Below are positions 17,031 to 30,679 of a stretch of 63,938 bases of DNA, piece by piece. Source of the stretch: Gracilinanus agilis (lineage: Eukaryota). The number at the start of each line of letters is the position of its first letter. Positions within the stretch are counted from its first letter, which is position 1. Under the pieces are notes generated by a model. It saw only the letters and a list, made by a program, of their open reading frames with translations, did no database searches and was not told the DNA's origin. Where the stretch lies: assembly GCF_016433145.1 (NCBI RefSeq), contig NC_058131.1:289046962-289110899 (forward strand), in the 5' to 3' direction. Position numbers and translations under genes: made by a program.

Positions 17031-17391
17031 TCTTTCCGGGTCACCTGATCATTGATCTGGCTGGAGGAATCATGAGGGTCTACCCCACCCTACCCCCGCC
17101 TCCCCTTCCCTGTTCACTTTAGGGTAACCCTCGTGACACCGCACCCCTCCAGCGCTTGCAGGCGCTGGGGAACCGATTGCTCGTTCCTTTTCGGGTCCGG
17201 GGCGGGCGTGCCCCGGTGACGCCCACTCCCGGCTTGGGCCGGCGACCTAGCGGGCGGCGCTAGGACCCCAGCCCAGCTCCGCCTCCTTCGGGAGACCCTC
17301 GGGAGCCTCACATGGCCCTCTCCAAGTCCGTGCTCGGCCCTGGGGCCCAAAATAGCCCCTGGCGCTCGCCTTCCCCCACAGACGCGGGCAG
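16950..17391. promoter_or_regulatory. CTSA/NEURL2 bidirectional CpG-island promoter with CLEAR-like E-boxes
   Basis: Head-to-head genes and high CpG density. Motifs: GTCACGTGAG 17006-17015, ATCACGTGAT 17022-17031, GTCACCTGAT 17040-17049, plus GC boxes. Confidence 0.8.
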
Positions 17392-19529
17392 ATGGCGGCG
17401 GCCCCAGAGCCCGCCCGGGTCCCTGCTGGAGGCTCCCCGTACAGGGAACCACCTCCAACCCGTTTCCATGAGGTCCACGGGGTCAACATCCGCGTGGACC
17501 CTTCGGGGACGCGGGCCACTCGCGTGGAGAGCTTCGCGAACGGCCTGTGCTTCAGTCGCGAGCCGCTGGCGCCAGGCCAGGTGTTCCTGGTGGAGATTGA
17601 GGAGAAGGAGCTAGGCTGGTGCGGCCACCTGCGGCTGGGTCTGACCGCCCTGGACCCCGGCAGCCTGGCCCCCGTGCCCGAGTACTCGCTACCCGATCTG
17701 GTCAGCCTAGGCCGGAGCTGGGTCTTTGCCATAACTCGCCACCACAACCGAGTGGCCGCCGAGGGCGGCGAGGAGGAGCCGCCAGGCCGCCCACCGGGTC
17801 TGCTGGACGAACCCTATTTGCACATCGAGCAGCTGCGGATCCCCCGCGACCGCCTGGTGGGCCGAAGCCGGCCGGGCCGCTACAGCCACCTGCTGGACCA
17901 GTTGTACGAGCTCAACGTGCTGCCCCCGACGGCACGGCGCAGCCGCCTTGGGGTGCTCTTCTGTCCTCGCCCAGATGGCACCGCCGACATGCACATCCTT
18001 ATCAACGGGGAAGATATGGGCCCCAGCGCCCGAGGGCTGCCCACTACCCAGCCCCTCTATGCCGTGGTTGATGTCTTCGCGTCCACCAAGAGCGTACGCC
18101 TGGTCCAGCTGGAATATGGGTGTATGTATAGGCTTGCTCATCATTGTACAAGGCTTGAATCAAAATAACCTCAGTTTAGCATTCCAGCAAATCTCTCCCG
18201 AGCCTTACTTTTCTCATCTGTCAAGTGGGTGTTGGGTGCTACAAGATGCAGAACTGAAAGGGGGACCCTAGAGATCACTAGTCTAATCCCCTCCTTTTAT
18301 AGCTGATGAAACCGACTCCCTAAGAGTTTAACTGACTTAGCCACAATAACCAATATCTCAAATCCAGTGTTTTTCAACCATTCTACCACAGTAATCAGAT
18401 GGTGTGTGTGTGTGTGTGTGTGTGTTTTCTTGGAAGAAGAAAACTAGGACCAGTCCTACTGAATTTATCTAAACCCAGGTTTCCTCATCTGTGAAATAAA
18501 CAGCAATTCAGGGAGGTAGTGGATATATCTTTCTAAAGAATAAACAACTAGAAAAATAAGCACAATTATAATACTTTCCCCCCTAATTTGTAGGATAGCT
18601 ATTACCTAAACTCTTAGAATTATAATTATTTAATGTAGTACCCATGAAATCCCATCACTTACTAGGAGCTGTTGCTCTGCTTGGTGAAGCCTTCTAAGAG
18701 CCCTGTTAGGCTCATGCCCTGATGAGACATCAGAGGAGGCTGGCTTTAGTGAATAAGTACTAGAGATACAAATGTGAGAAATGGTAGTCCTTTGAGGTTT
18801 CAGAGTTATACTGGGGCAGGGAAGATGACATATGAACAGAAAATTATAACATAAAATAGATTAAATGCACATGAAGGGCATGAATGCTATGAAAGATCCC
18901 TCAAAGCAGATTACTTCCTAAAATCAAAGGAGGCTTTGTGTAGATGAAGCTACTCCAGATAAGAGTATGCTGTGAGCAAAGGGTCATACACTGAAAAGGA
19001 AAGAATGGAATGAGGAGCACTGATAAATCCAGTTCATGTTGCAATACATCATGTGAAGGGCAGTTAGTGGGAGATGAGATAGGAAAATAGATAGATGCCA
19101 GATTGTGGAAGGCCTTGGATGACAATCTCTGCATGGTGCCTCACTTTTCAAAACACTTTAACATTCTCATAGCTAGTGAGATAAGTGGGAAGAAATTCTA
19201 GATTCACAGCTGGAGAAATGAGTGAAAACAGGAAAGTGACTTATCTAAGGAAGCAATGAATTAGTGGTAGAGCTGTGACCTTTTTAAAGGTCTCTTTAAA
19301 AGCTAGTTTAGATCCACTTTCTCCAGGCAACTCCAATTCAAACGGAGGCCAGCCTCTGTCTGGCCTTAAATCATTATCTCCTAATTCCAGTCCATCTTTC
19401 TGTTTCTTTACAGTGCCTTCCCTTCAGACCCTGTGCCGCCTTGTCATTCAGAGAAATGTGATACATCGGCTTGCCATCGATGGGCTCCACCTTCCTACAG
19501 GGCTCAAGGATTTTTGCAAGTATGAGTGA
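17392..19529 (+). CDS. NEURL2: Neuralized-like protein 2 (Ozz; NHR domain + SOCS box), 281 aa
   Basis: Exon 1 17392-18121 (T|GTATGT) encodes the NHR domain (FHEVHGVNIR...SFANGLCFSREPL...GWCGHLRLGLT). Exon 2 19414-19529 encodes the SOCS box LPSLQTLCRLVIQR...LKDFCKYE*. Total 846 nt. Confidence 0.97.
18403..18424. repeat. (GT)n microsatellite in the NEURL2 intron
   Basis: Direct reading: about 11 GT units. Confidence 0.9.
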
Positions 19530-19571
19530 GGTTCATACTAGCTCCAACAAACAGCAATAGGTGCAGATAGC

Positions 19572-19577
19572 AATAAA
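19572..19577 (+). terminator. NEURL2 poly(A) signal AATAAA
   Basis: AATAAA 42 nt after the stop; a second copy lies near 19707. Confidence 0.65.
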
Positions 19578-20582
19578 ATTCCCTTGTGCCTGGTTTCACA
19601 ATCTCAGGAGCACCTTCCCCCAGTGCCCTTCGATAATGGCCAAGTCAATGAGAAAGCAAGTCCTACAGGAGAATGGGCTCCTCGGGGCCTTCAGGCCAGA
19701 AGTCACAATAAAACGATTGATGATTTCACATTTTGATGGTTCTTAGTACAGAGCTTGTTGCCTTCCAGCCTTCTGATGTGTACCAGCATATAATGTTTTA
19801 CAAATTTTTACATATTTTATTTAATCTTTAAAGCATCTTTGAAGTAGGCAAAGAATATCTTCATTATATAGATGGGGAAATTGAAGATCTGGGAATCAAG
19901 ATGATTTGGCCAAGGACACTTGTTTAATTTGTAAAACCAGGACAAGAACCTAGTTTTGTTTGTTTGTTTTGGTGGGGGTAAGTTGTTCTATGTTTCTACA
20001 AGGCATCTTAAAGACTGGAAACATAATCTACTTAACCCTTTTGGCAAACTGGACAGGCAACTGCCTGCCTGATTTGGCCCTCTGGCAGTAGTTTGCTAGT
20101 CTTTGTTTTAAATGAGACAAACTCAGAAAGCTTAGGAAGTGATTTGCCTGAGGTCACCAAGCAGATCAGTGATTGGACTAGGTCTGGAACCCAAATCACT
20201 AGATTCCTAGTAACAGGATCATAAAAGTTAGAGCTGGGAAGAATGCTAGAGATCTAATACAACCCTTTTCTTTAAAAAATAAGGACACTTGGGCTGTGAT
20301 TAAAATGACTTGCCCAGTGTCATATAGTTAAGTGTAGACAAGATTTGACTCCACAAATACTGCTCTTTCCACAACACAGTGCAGTCAATGTTCCACAGGC
20401 TCCTTTGCTCTGGTTTGGTCCAGAGAGGTACACTGGTTCTAGAATGGACAAGTCAGTGCTATGAGGTAGATTCTAGCTAACACAGGCTAGGGTTGTGAGG
20501 TAAGTTCTAGAAGAGTGAGTGGGGTAGGACATGAAGGAATTGTCCTACTGTTCCCTCACAAGCTGGGCCCCCTAGGGTAGCC

Positions 20583-21729
20583 ATGTCCTACTTCATGACA
20601 CAGAGAGCTCATTCGGGTCTCCTTACTCCTGGCCAAGGTGAGACAATAGTTTCTTAGGCTGGATTAGAGGAATAACTACCCCTGGCATGCTGTGACTTTA
20701 AAGTATGCTACTTCTCAGGAAGTTACCTTTCCTGGGAAACTGTAGCCTTGGAGTTGCTATCCCAATGATAAAGACAAGGTAGTACCTGGAAATATACTGG
20801 AATTTAAAGTCAGATTACCTGGGTTCAAATCCCTTCTCTGACACTAATATATGTACCCTAAGGCAATTTATTTAATGTCTCTGGACTCCCTTATCTGTAA
20901 AATGTGGGAGCTGACCAAGATAATTTCTAAAGGCACTTCTAATTTTAGACCATATAGCATTTAAAATGTTCCAGGACCTGATCTGCCCCTTTGCATAATC
21001 CTGGGTAATTCTTAAAAACTACGAATAGCTTTCAGGGCCTCAAAGGAGTTGTAAGTCACTTACTATCTCATTCCTGTCTCTGCAGGTGGGGCAGGCTCTC
21101 CAAGCTCCTCCCTCAGCCTCTATGGTACCATGGAGCCAGTGGTGATGGCCCCTGGAGGGCCAGGCCCGCTGAGCCAGAAAGCTGAGCGTCAGGCAGCTCC
21201 CCAGTCCTGGGGTCATTCTCTACCTACACCAGAGCCTGGGATCTGCCCAGGGGGGGCTGGCTGGGAGCCGCTTCGGCGGAAAGAGTATCATGGCAGATAC
21301 TGCAGAAAGTTTCCTCATGTGAGGCAGCTTGAGAACCTGGGCTGGGAAGATGGTTGCTCAAGGGGCAGGGTTCCTCAGTTGGCTGGAGGGCAGATGGGTG
21401 GTGTTGGGGGGCATGGGCCGCTGCTGCTCTGTGGGCTATCTCCAGGGGCCCTGCTGGTGCCCAAAGAGGCAGGGGGCAAGGAGCCTGGTTCTCAGCCTGA
21501 CATCTGCATTCTCACATTGGCTATGATGATTGCTGGCATCCCCACTGTGCCTGTCCCAGGCCTGAGGGAGGAGGACATGATCCGAGCGGCCCAGGCCTTC
21601 ATGATGGCCCATCCAGAGCCTGAGGGGGCTACTGAGGGGAGGTGGGGTCAGGCCCAGTCTCACATGGTGCTTGGCCAGGCCCCACTGGTGGGGTCCAGAA
21701 GAAGTCAGGGTCCTGGTTCCTGCTTGTAG
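20583..21729 (+). CDS. SPATA25: Spermatogenesis-associated protein 25, 232 aa
   Basis: Exon 1 20583-20637 ([19 protein letters not shown]|GTGAGA) and exon 2 21086-21729; total 699 nt. Conserved core [42 protein letters not shown] and C-terminal PGSCL*; syntenic position. Confidence 0.93.
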
Positions 21730-21883
21730 CCAGATGAAATTGCACTAGACTCACTGGGTGGCTTCTCTGTATGGTTATTGGGCAGATAGGTGGGGGACCC
21801 ATTGCTGCAGGGGATGGGGCTGTGCTTGGGGAGTATACTTATACCTACATACCAGCGCTTCAGTACTGCCAAGTGCTGGGAAG

Positions 21884-21889
21884 TTTATT
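21884..21889 (-). terminator. Probable ZSWIM1 poly(A) signal
   Basis: TTTATT on + strand, about 720 nt past the ZSWIM1 stop. Confidence 0.55.
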
Positions 21890-22607
21890 TACTTTAATAA
21901 GGAAATGGGTTTGGCCAGAGAACAGTACAATAACCTAAAATTACAAAAAAGTCATTGGGGAAGAAGGCAAGGGGTGGTACTCTTTTCCTATTTCTATGGT
22001 AGCAGCAAACAAGCCAACTTACTGAGTATCTTTGCTATAAACCTTTCTCCCATCCAAATTTCTCCCCAGATGGCACAAAGCAGAAAATAGGATAGTAGGA
22101 ATGGCAACCAGTACTCTTTTTCTGGGGAAAGTGGTGGGGTAAGGTTCTAAAAGAGCAATATTGGGCATTCTGGTTTAATTATATGGACCAAGCAGGGCAA
22201 TGAGACATAGAGCATAGGGGCTGGAGAAAGTTCCATACCTAGGCTGACCGTTCATTTGATCTCAATTCTTTTCCTGATCTCTGTTAGGTCATCTGACCTT
22301 AGAGTACAGAATGTTTGCAGAGCAAGTTGGAATGTGGTGGGGCACATTACTCCTTCCCTGTTCCCCAGTGGGTAAAAACAAATTTAATTTCCATAACAAT
22401 TTATAGTTTAAAAAAATACTTTCCTTACAACAATCCTGTGAGATAGGTAGGACGACTGTTATTCCCATTTAATAGCTGAGAAAACTGAGGGTTAGGGGCT
22501 ATGTCATTGTTCTAGGTAATAATCACCCCCCCCCCTTAGTTGGGTTAAGGAAGGACATTTAAGTGGGTCATAGAACAGAGCAGACTTAACAGAGGAAGTA
22601 AGAGAGC

Positions 22608-24050
<1,443 letters not shown>

Positions 24051-24149
24051 TCAGTCAGAATTTTCACAAATGCGCCTGTGGACGGGAGGTACAGAGGTTG
24101 AAGGAAGGCACTAGTAGGATAAGCTCTGCTGCAGGGGCCTAAAGAGCGG

Positions 24150-25050
24150 GGCAAGAGCCGCCCAGGGTTAGTTCCGTTCCCCCCACCTTGCACCCAACAG
24201 CCAAAAGGGCGCCCAGGAGGGGGGCATGGCTAGACACTGAGCATGAGCAGGGGAGCGCCGCGGGGTGAGGAATATGTCCTCTAACCACCTCGCCCCGCCC
24301 GACTTCTGACCCATGGGCATCCAGGTCACTTTTTTTAAACTCCCAGGGAGACCTCCCAAAGAGGGCAGAAAGCGCCATCTCTGACCCTAAGGGGTGAGGG
24401 AACCGCAGCTCTTGCGAGCTCTCACGCTTTCCTTACCGATTGTTGCGTTCGGCCGCCATCTTTCCGGGCTCCCCAACAGGACACCACCCTAGCACGGAAG
24501 GACTACCGCTCCCACCAATCAGCACGCAGAGCCCGCCCCAGAGGAACTAACTGCTCGCCAGGCCGACGGAGCATTGGCCAGCGCGCAGCTGGGTGGGCTT
24601 GGGAACCCGGGTCACCGGCGGCTCGACCTAAAGGAGGACAAAACCCGCAGGGGGTGGGGAGAGGGGAAGGTTGGAGGGCGGGGCGTCGAGGGGCTGGCGG
24701 ACCGGAAGGAAGGGCGCGTTACCTTGGAAACGCGGACGGCAGATTCACGTAGAGGCGTTGTAGAAAAATAAAAGTGCTCTGTCCCAGAAATCAAGGCTCC
24801 CCTTAAGTCCGGGACCCGAAGGTTGAGGCTGGGGGAGAAGAGAGAGGTAATGGGTGCACCGCTGCAGCGCCAGCCCTGACTAGGGAAGGGGCTGCTGGAT
24901 ACTTAAGAGGCAGCGACATTGTGGTGGAAAGTACCCTGGGAGCGGGGTCGAGTCATGGCTCTGTCTCCGTGCATGTACGTCATTTATCTTCCCGGGACCG
25001 TGGAGAAGCGAGGATCGAGCGGAAGATCTGTAGAGGCTCTTCCAGCTCGG
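24150..25050 (-). promoter_or_regulatory. ZSWIM1 CpG-island promoter and candidate 5' exons
   Basis: CpG-rich. YY1-like AAGATGGCGGC (minus, 24453-24463), CCAAT 24515-24519, ATTGG 24573-24577, GC box near 24532-24538, ZNF143-like ACTACCGCTCCCA 24502-24514. Minus-strand donors TCG|GTAAGG (24437) and AAG|GTAACG (24723). Confidence 0.7.
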
Positions 25051-25270
25051 GCAGGCTACTGACTCATCTGGAATGGACCAGGGAAGAAAACAGCCTCAAG
25101 TCCAACATTAAGTCCTACTGTGTGCAAGGTCTTATGCTAGGCTGTGAGGATGCAAAATAAATAAACCTCCATAATTAGGCCATTGCTATGTAGCACAACA
25201 GCTACATAAGTAGGTATATTCCAAATAACAAATGCACAAAGAATAAATACATTATAAATAATTAACTAAT

Positions 25271-25790
25271 GGGCAGCAAGGTGGCTCAGTTGATTAAGAG
25301 CTAGGTCTAGAGACCACTGAGATCCTGGGTTCCAATGTGGCTCTTCCCAGCTGTGTGACCCTGGACAAGTCACTTAACCCCACTGCCCCACACTTAACCA
25401 CTCTTGTGCTTTAGAACCAACACATAGTATTGATTTTGAGTTGGAAGGTAGGAGTTAAAAAAATTGCTAAAATAAAAATTATATAAGCATAATACAAATA
25501 ATACAAAATACATTAAAACATTCAAAATGAAGGCAGTTTTAAAAGGGAGAATAGAAAATATCTCCTGTAAGAGGTAGCACCAGGGGGGCAGTCAGGTGTC
25601 TCAGTGGCTAGAGAGCCAGGCTTAGACAGGAGTTCTGGGTTCAAATATGATCTCAGACACTTCCTAGTTGTGTGACTGGGCAAGACACAACCCAAATTGC
25701 TATCCTTTACAGCTCTCCTGCCTTGAAACATGATACTTAATAACTATTCTAAAGCTGAAGATAAGGATCTAAAAATTTTAAAAAAAAATT
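25271..25790 (+). mobile_element. Two tandem marsupial CORE SINEs (about 25271-25462 and 25583-25790)
   Basis: Both carry the tRNA-like head, CORE segment and aaccaa..cagtattgatt-type tail. Confidence 0.75.
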
Positions 25791-25849
25791 TTTTAAGGAG
25801 CACCTTAACTCTGCTTTAAAGATTTTACTAGATATAAAAGGAATAAGTG

Positions 25850-28800
25850 CAGGGCAGAATGGGGTAGCCTGATGGTACAAAGGCCCCAGAGGCAGGGGAA
25901 GAGAGTGTATCATCCTGGTGAATGGTTAGCAGATTTATGAGTATGGAAAGTGAGTGATAGGGAAAAACTAATAGAAAACTGGAAAGGGAGGTTAGAGCCT
26001 GATTGTGGAAATCGTTAGAGGCAACTAAGTCTAGCAGACAGAATGCTGGACTTGGCATTAGGCGGTTAAAAAATTGTCAGAGCCTTGTGACTGTATACCT
26101 CAGTTCTTTATCTGTAAGAAGAGGAAATCAAGACTAGATGTCCTACTTTAAATCTATGAACCTAAACTCCAATCAAGGATTTTGTGTTTTATTCTCCAGG
26201 CAATTGGGAACCATTCATTTTTGAGTAAGAGCTCTGTTTGGGGTGTATCAATTTGAAAGTTACTCAGGAAATAGATTGAAGAGAGATTGCAGTCAACAAG
26301 TATTTATAATTCATCGATGGCTGACTGACTAAAGGCAGGGAAGCCAATTATAAAGCTATCACAATAGTCCATATGAGAGGGGGGCCTGAATGAGGGCAGA
26401 GGTTGTGTGAGAGAGGGGCAAGCATGGGAAAAAAATGAGTTTTGAGGAGGACATGGGTTTGGGGGTGGGGGTAAGGGGAAGAAACCTGAACTCCCTTTTT
26501 GGATATGTTTATTTTGGAGTGGTTACAGGATAGCCAGATAGAGATGTCCATTAGGCTATAAGATAAATTCAGAAGAGATTAAGGGTAGCTGTATAGATAG
26601 GAATTAATTTGCATATATGTATATATATGTATATTTAAAAATACATATACATATACATTATATACATATGTATCTGGAGAGAAGAAAAATCTCTGCCCAA
26701 TTTGTGAGGGGGTCAAAGCAAATAAGGATTTGTTAAGTGCTTACTAAAGTACTAGGCACAGTACTTAGAGGTGGAGATTCAAAGAAAGATGAAAACAAAA
26801 ACAAAAATCATTCTCTGCTCTTAAGGACCTCACAATCTAATGGGGAAACCAAATGAAAACTATGTATAAACAAGAAATACAGATAAATTGGAGATAATTT
26901 TGGAGGGAAAGCACTAAGATTAGGGACGGCTTCTTACAGAAAGTAGGATTTTAATTGAGGTTGGAAGGAAGCCAAGGAATCCAGAATAAAGACATGAAGA
27001 AAAGTATTCTAAGGATATGGGACAGCCAGTGAAAATTGCCAGATGATGTTAGGAACAACAAGGCTAGTGGCACTAGATCACAAGTATGTAAGGAAGCTAT
27101 TGTGACCCCATTTTGGGTTTTCTTGGCAAAGGTACTGCAGTAGGTTGTCATTTCCTTCTCCAACTCATTTTATAGATGAGGAATTGAAGCAAACAGGATT
27201 AAGTGACAAACTGCTAGTGTCTGAGGCCACTTGAATTCATGAAGATGAGTCTTCCTGATTCCAAGTGCAGTGTTCTACCTAGCTCCCCCAAAATATTTAA
27301 TAGGCAGTGGGTAATTCTAGAATAGAGATCAAAAGAGAGGTTAAGACTGGACAAATAGATATGAGAATCTTCTGAATACAGGTGATAATTGACTATGAGA
27401 ACTGATGAAATCAAGAGAAAATAATGGAGACTAGAGACTTAAAAAACACCCAATGTTAGTGGGCATGATCTAGAATAGATGAAAATATAGCAAAGTATTC
27501 TGAGAAGGAGCAATCAACTAAGGGGAGAACCAAGATATAGCAATGTCATGAAAAAAGTATCCGAAAGAGGGAAAAAATGGAGACAACAGACTGCAGAAAC
27601 AAGAAGGATGAGGGTTGAGAAAAGGCCATTAGATTTGGCAATGAAGAGATCACTGGTGCCTGGAGTTTTATTAAAAAAAACTGATTATATAGTTAAGTGG
27701 AGAGTTAGAGGAGTAGAAGCATCTAAGATGACCTTCTTAAGGAAAAAGAGATATAGGACAATAATTCTATCTCTGCTATAACTATAACAAAATGGGATCA
27801 GTTGAGGGTTTTTGAGGATGTGAGAGATATGGTTATGTTTGTAACAGCCAGATGACAGGGAGAGAATGAAAAAAAGTGAGATTGGATTGTTTGAGGGGAC
27901 AAATGCCTCTGCTAGAAAAGATGAGATAGAATGGGATCCACATGTGTATATAGAGTGATTGGCCTTAGCAGGGAGAAGACATGGGACATGGGTGAAGGAA
28001 GAGATAGTAGCAAAAAGTATCTGAATAATATGAAATAAAAAATGAGAGAAGAGGAAGCTCTAAGCAAATGGCTGCCTTTTCCCCCCAATGAAATATGGGG
28101 TAAAGTTCTCAATTGAGAATATAGAGAGAGGGGGAGTCAGGGAAGGTTTGAAGAAAGTTGGAAAGTTTTAGAAAAACCATTGCAGCTAGTGGAATAATGA
28201 ATAGATTAGGGAGATATAAATGGATTGCCTTGCTGTAGTGAGGGCCCAGTATAAATTACATAACAAATCTGTAATGGACTCAAAGTTTTAGGTTTTTTAC
28301 TTTCTCTAGCTTCATTCAGCAGTTCATAAGTAGGAATGAAAGCAGTGGATAGTGAGAGTAATCACAGGCCGAGGCTAGTCAAAACAAGATTGACAGTATA
28401 AAGGAGCAAGGGACTTAAAAGAAGAGGAATGTTTGGTGTTGAACTTGTTCACCAACAGGTCAAGATTGGGAAGGGAGATGAATATAGCCAGAGGAGGGGA
28501 ATGGTCTGGCAAAGAACTGAGGGGGTGTTAGAATTGGAATTAGAGGTTACAGTGAGGACAAAGAATGGAGTTTGGGGTTGCAAGGCAAAGAGGGGAAAAG
28601 ACATGGATTGTAATCAGTTAAGGGAATTTTAGAGTTCATGAATAGGAAGCTGGTGATTGATGAGATCAAGTGTATAAAAGGATTAAAGGGGGGAAACAAG
28701 CACTTATTAAGTTCTATGGGCCAGGCATTGCAAATGCTTTATTAAATTAAATCACTTATTCCTTACAATACAGAGGTACATACTATTTTTCCAATTTTAC

Positions 28801-30300
28801 TATTGAGGAAACTGAAGCAGACAGAGGTTAAGGGACTTGACCAGGATCACACAGTTAGTGTCTAATGCTGGATCTAAACTCGAGTCTTCTTGACTCTGGA
28901 TCCATCACTCTTATCTACTGGACCACCTACCTGTCTCACTTCTGTGTGTAGCTGAAGTGGGGTAGAAAAATAGGTGATGGGAAATGGGTTTTTTTTAAGG
29001 GAATATCAATTTATATATTAAAGTTTCCTATTAGAAAAGCAAGAGTTGGGGTGGAAGCCACAGGGACTGAGCCAGGCACTGAACTAATTGAAGATTGTCC
29101 TGGTCCAGTGATGGGCAAACTACAGCCTGTGGGCCAGATGTGGCCCCCTGAAATGTTCTATCCCAATCTCAGGACATTATTCCTAATCTGACGAATACAA
29201 TACAAAGAAACTTTGAAAGAGTTGCCTTAGAAACAGACTGACAGATGAGCATTTCCTTTCATTTGGTCCCCTCTTTAAAAAGTTTGCCCATCACTGTCCT
29301 GGTCAGTAGACAACAGCCATTAGAATATTGAGTGATAAATGTCTGAATGAACCTCCAAGAAAGAGGTTACTGAGTGATGGCAGAGGGAGAGCCTGGAAGT
29401 GGCGATGGGGAGCAAGCATCCTCCTACACCTTGACAAATGAGTTGGAAATATGAGTGAAAATTTTGTAATTAGTGCTGGAAAAACTGGTTGGAGAAGCTG
29501 AGTCATAAGGAGGGAATCAAGTTTCAATAAGTGCAAAAAGAGTGAGGGATCAAGAGGGGAAAAGATGAAAAGCTAGTTTGTGCCCTATGGAGCAGGCTTT
29601 CCAGACCACAGTGGAGGGGGAATAGCTTAGAGGGATCCCAAAAGATGTTGAGAGAGAATGAAAGGGTTGGATTGAGGGGATGGGGAAAAGCAGTCAAAGG
29701 ACAGAGAAAGAAGCTTAAACATTAGCAGCTAACAGCTATGAATCACTGGGATAGGGAGAGTATAATGGGAGGAGGATATGTTAATCATTCCTAGGGACTT
29801 TGCCTTGGGATGGAATTGTCTGTGTCTCAAGCTATAAGTGCTAGAAAGGCCAGAGAGTGCCCACATCAGGGAAGAACAACTGCTGTAAAGGTTCAGTTGG
29901 CCCAAGAGGGTGCTTGGAGAGCAAGAGAACTGCAGTTGCTTAGGGAAACTAGGAAGCTGTCCTCAGGCTAACACAGGCAAGGCAACTGACAAGGGGAAAA
30001 TCAGTCCAGCAAAAGAAACTGAGGAACAATCAGATAGAACCAAGAGAGAGCCGGGCCACAGAAGCCAAGGGAGAAGTGGTGGTCTAATATGCGAAAGCTG
30101 CATGGAGAGTAAGCAAAATAAGGAATGAGATAAGGCCAGTGGAACTATTGAGAGATCACTGGTACTTGGACAGCCTGGGACAAGAAAGGGCAAGGGACCA
30201 CCGAGGACCTGACAGTGGAGAGAGAGGCCTACTAAGAGTTCACCTTGCATACAGACCCTTTCTCTCCAGACCTTTCCTTGATCTATGATTTCCCCGCTGT
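25850..30300 (-). mobile_element. Fragmented ancient LINE-2-like sequence interleaved with MIRs
   Basis: Purine-rich reverse-orientation L2-type text, including L2 3'-end-like motifs near 26290 and 26730. No intact ORF; boundaries approximate; family recognised by eye only. Confidence 0.5.
29106..29296. mobile_element. Non-autonomous hAT (Charlie-type) DNA transposon / MITE, 191 bp
   Basis: Perfect 16-bp TIRs CAGTGATGGGCAAACT / AGTTTGCCCATCACTG and perfect 8-bp TSD TCCTGGTC (29098-29105, 29297-29304). Confidence 0.92.
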
Positions 30301-30679
30301 GCTAAAGGGCACAATGAATAGAGAGCTGAACCTGGAGTCAGGAAGACCTGAGTTCAAATTAGGTTTTGGATACTAAATAGCTGCATGATTCTGGGCAAGC
30401 AACTAAAACTGTTTGCCTCAATTTCTTCATCTGTAAAATGGGAATAATAACATAATAAATACTTCTAAGAGCTGTTGTGAGGATCAGATTGTTCGATACA
30501 ATGGTTGGCACAAAATAGGTGCTATATACATGCATATTCCTCCATTCTATACTCTCTATATACTACACCTACTACTCCTCTCTACCCCACCTCAGCTACT
30601 GACTACCTATGTTACATTGGAAAAGCCCTCTTTGAGCCTTGGTCTACCCACCAGTAAGATGAGAGGTCTTGATAATACC

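Noticed and set aside
17247-18271. Several long overlapping or antisense ORFs across NEURL2 exon 1
   Set aside because: Expected by-product of high GC content and few stop codons; no recognisable protein.
19275-19413. In-frame 5' extension of NEURL2 exon 2 in the ORF track
   Set aside because: Intronic; a clear pyrimidine tract and AG at 19412-19413 define the exon.
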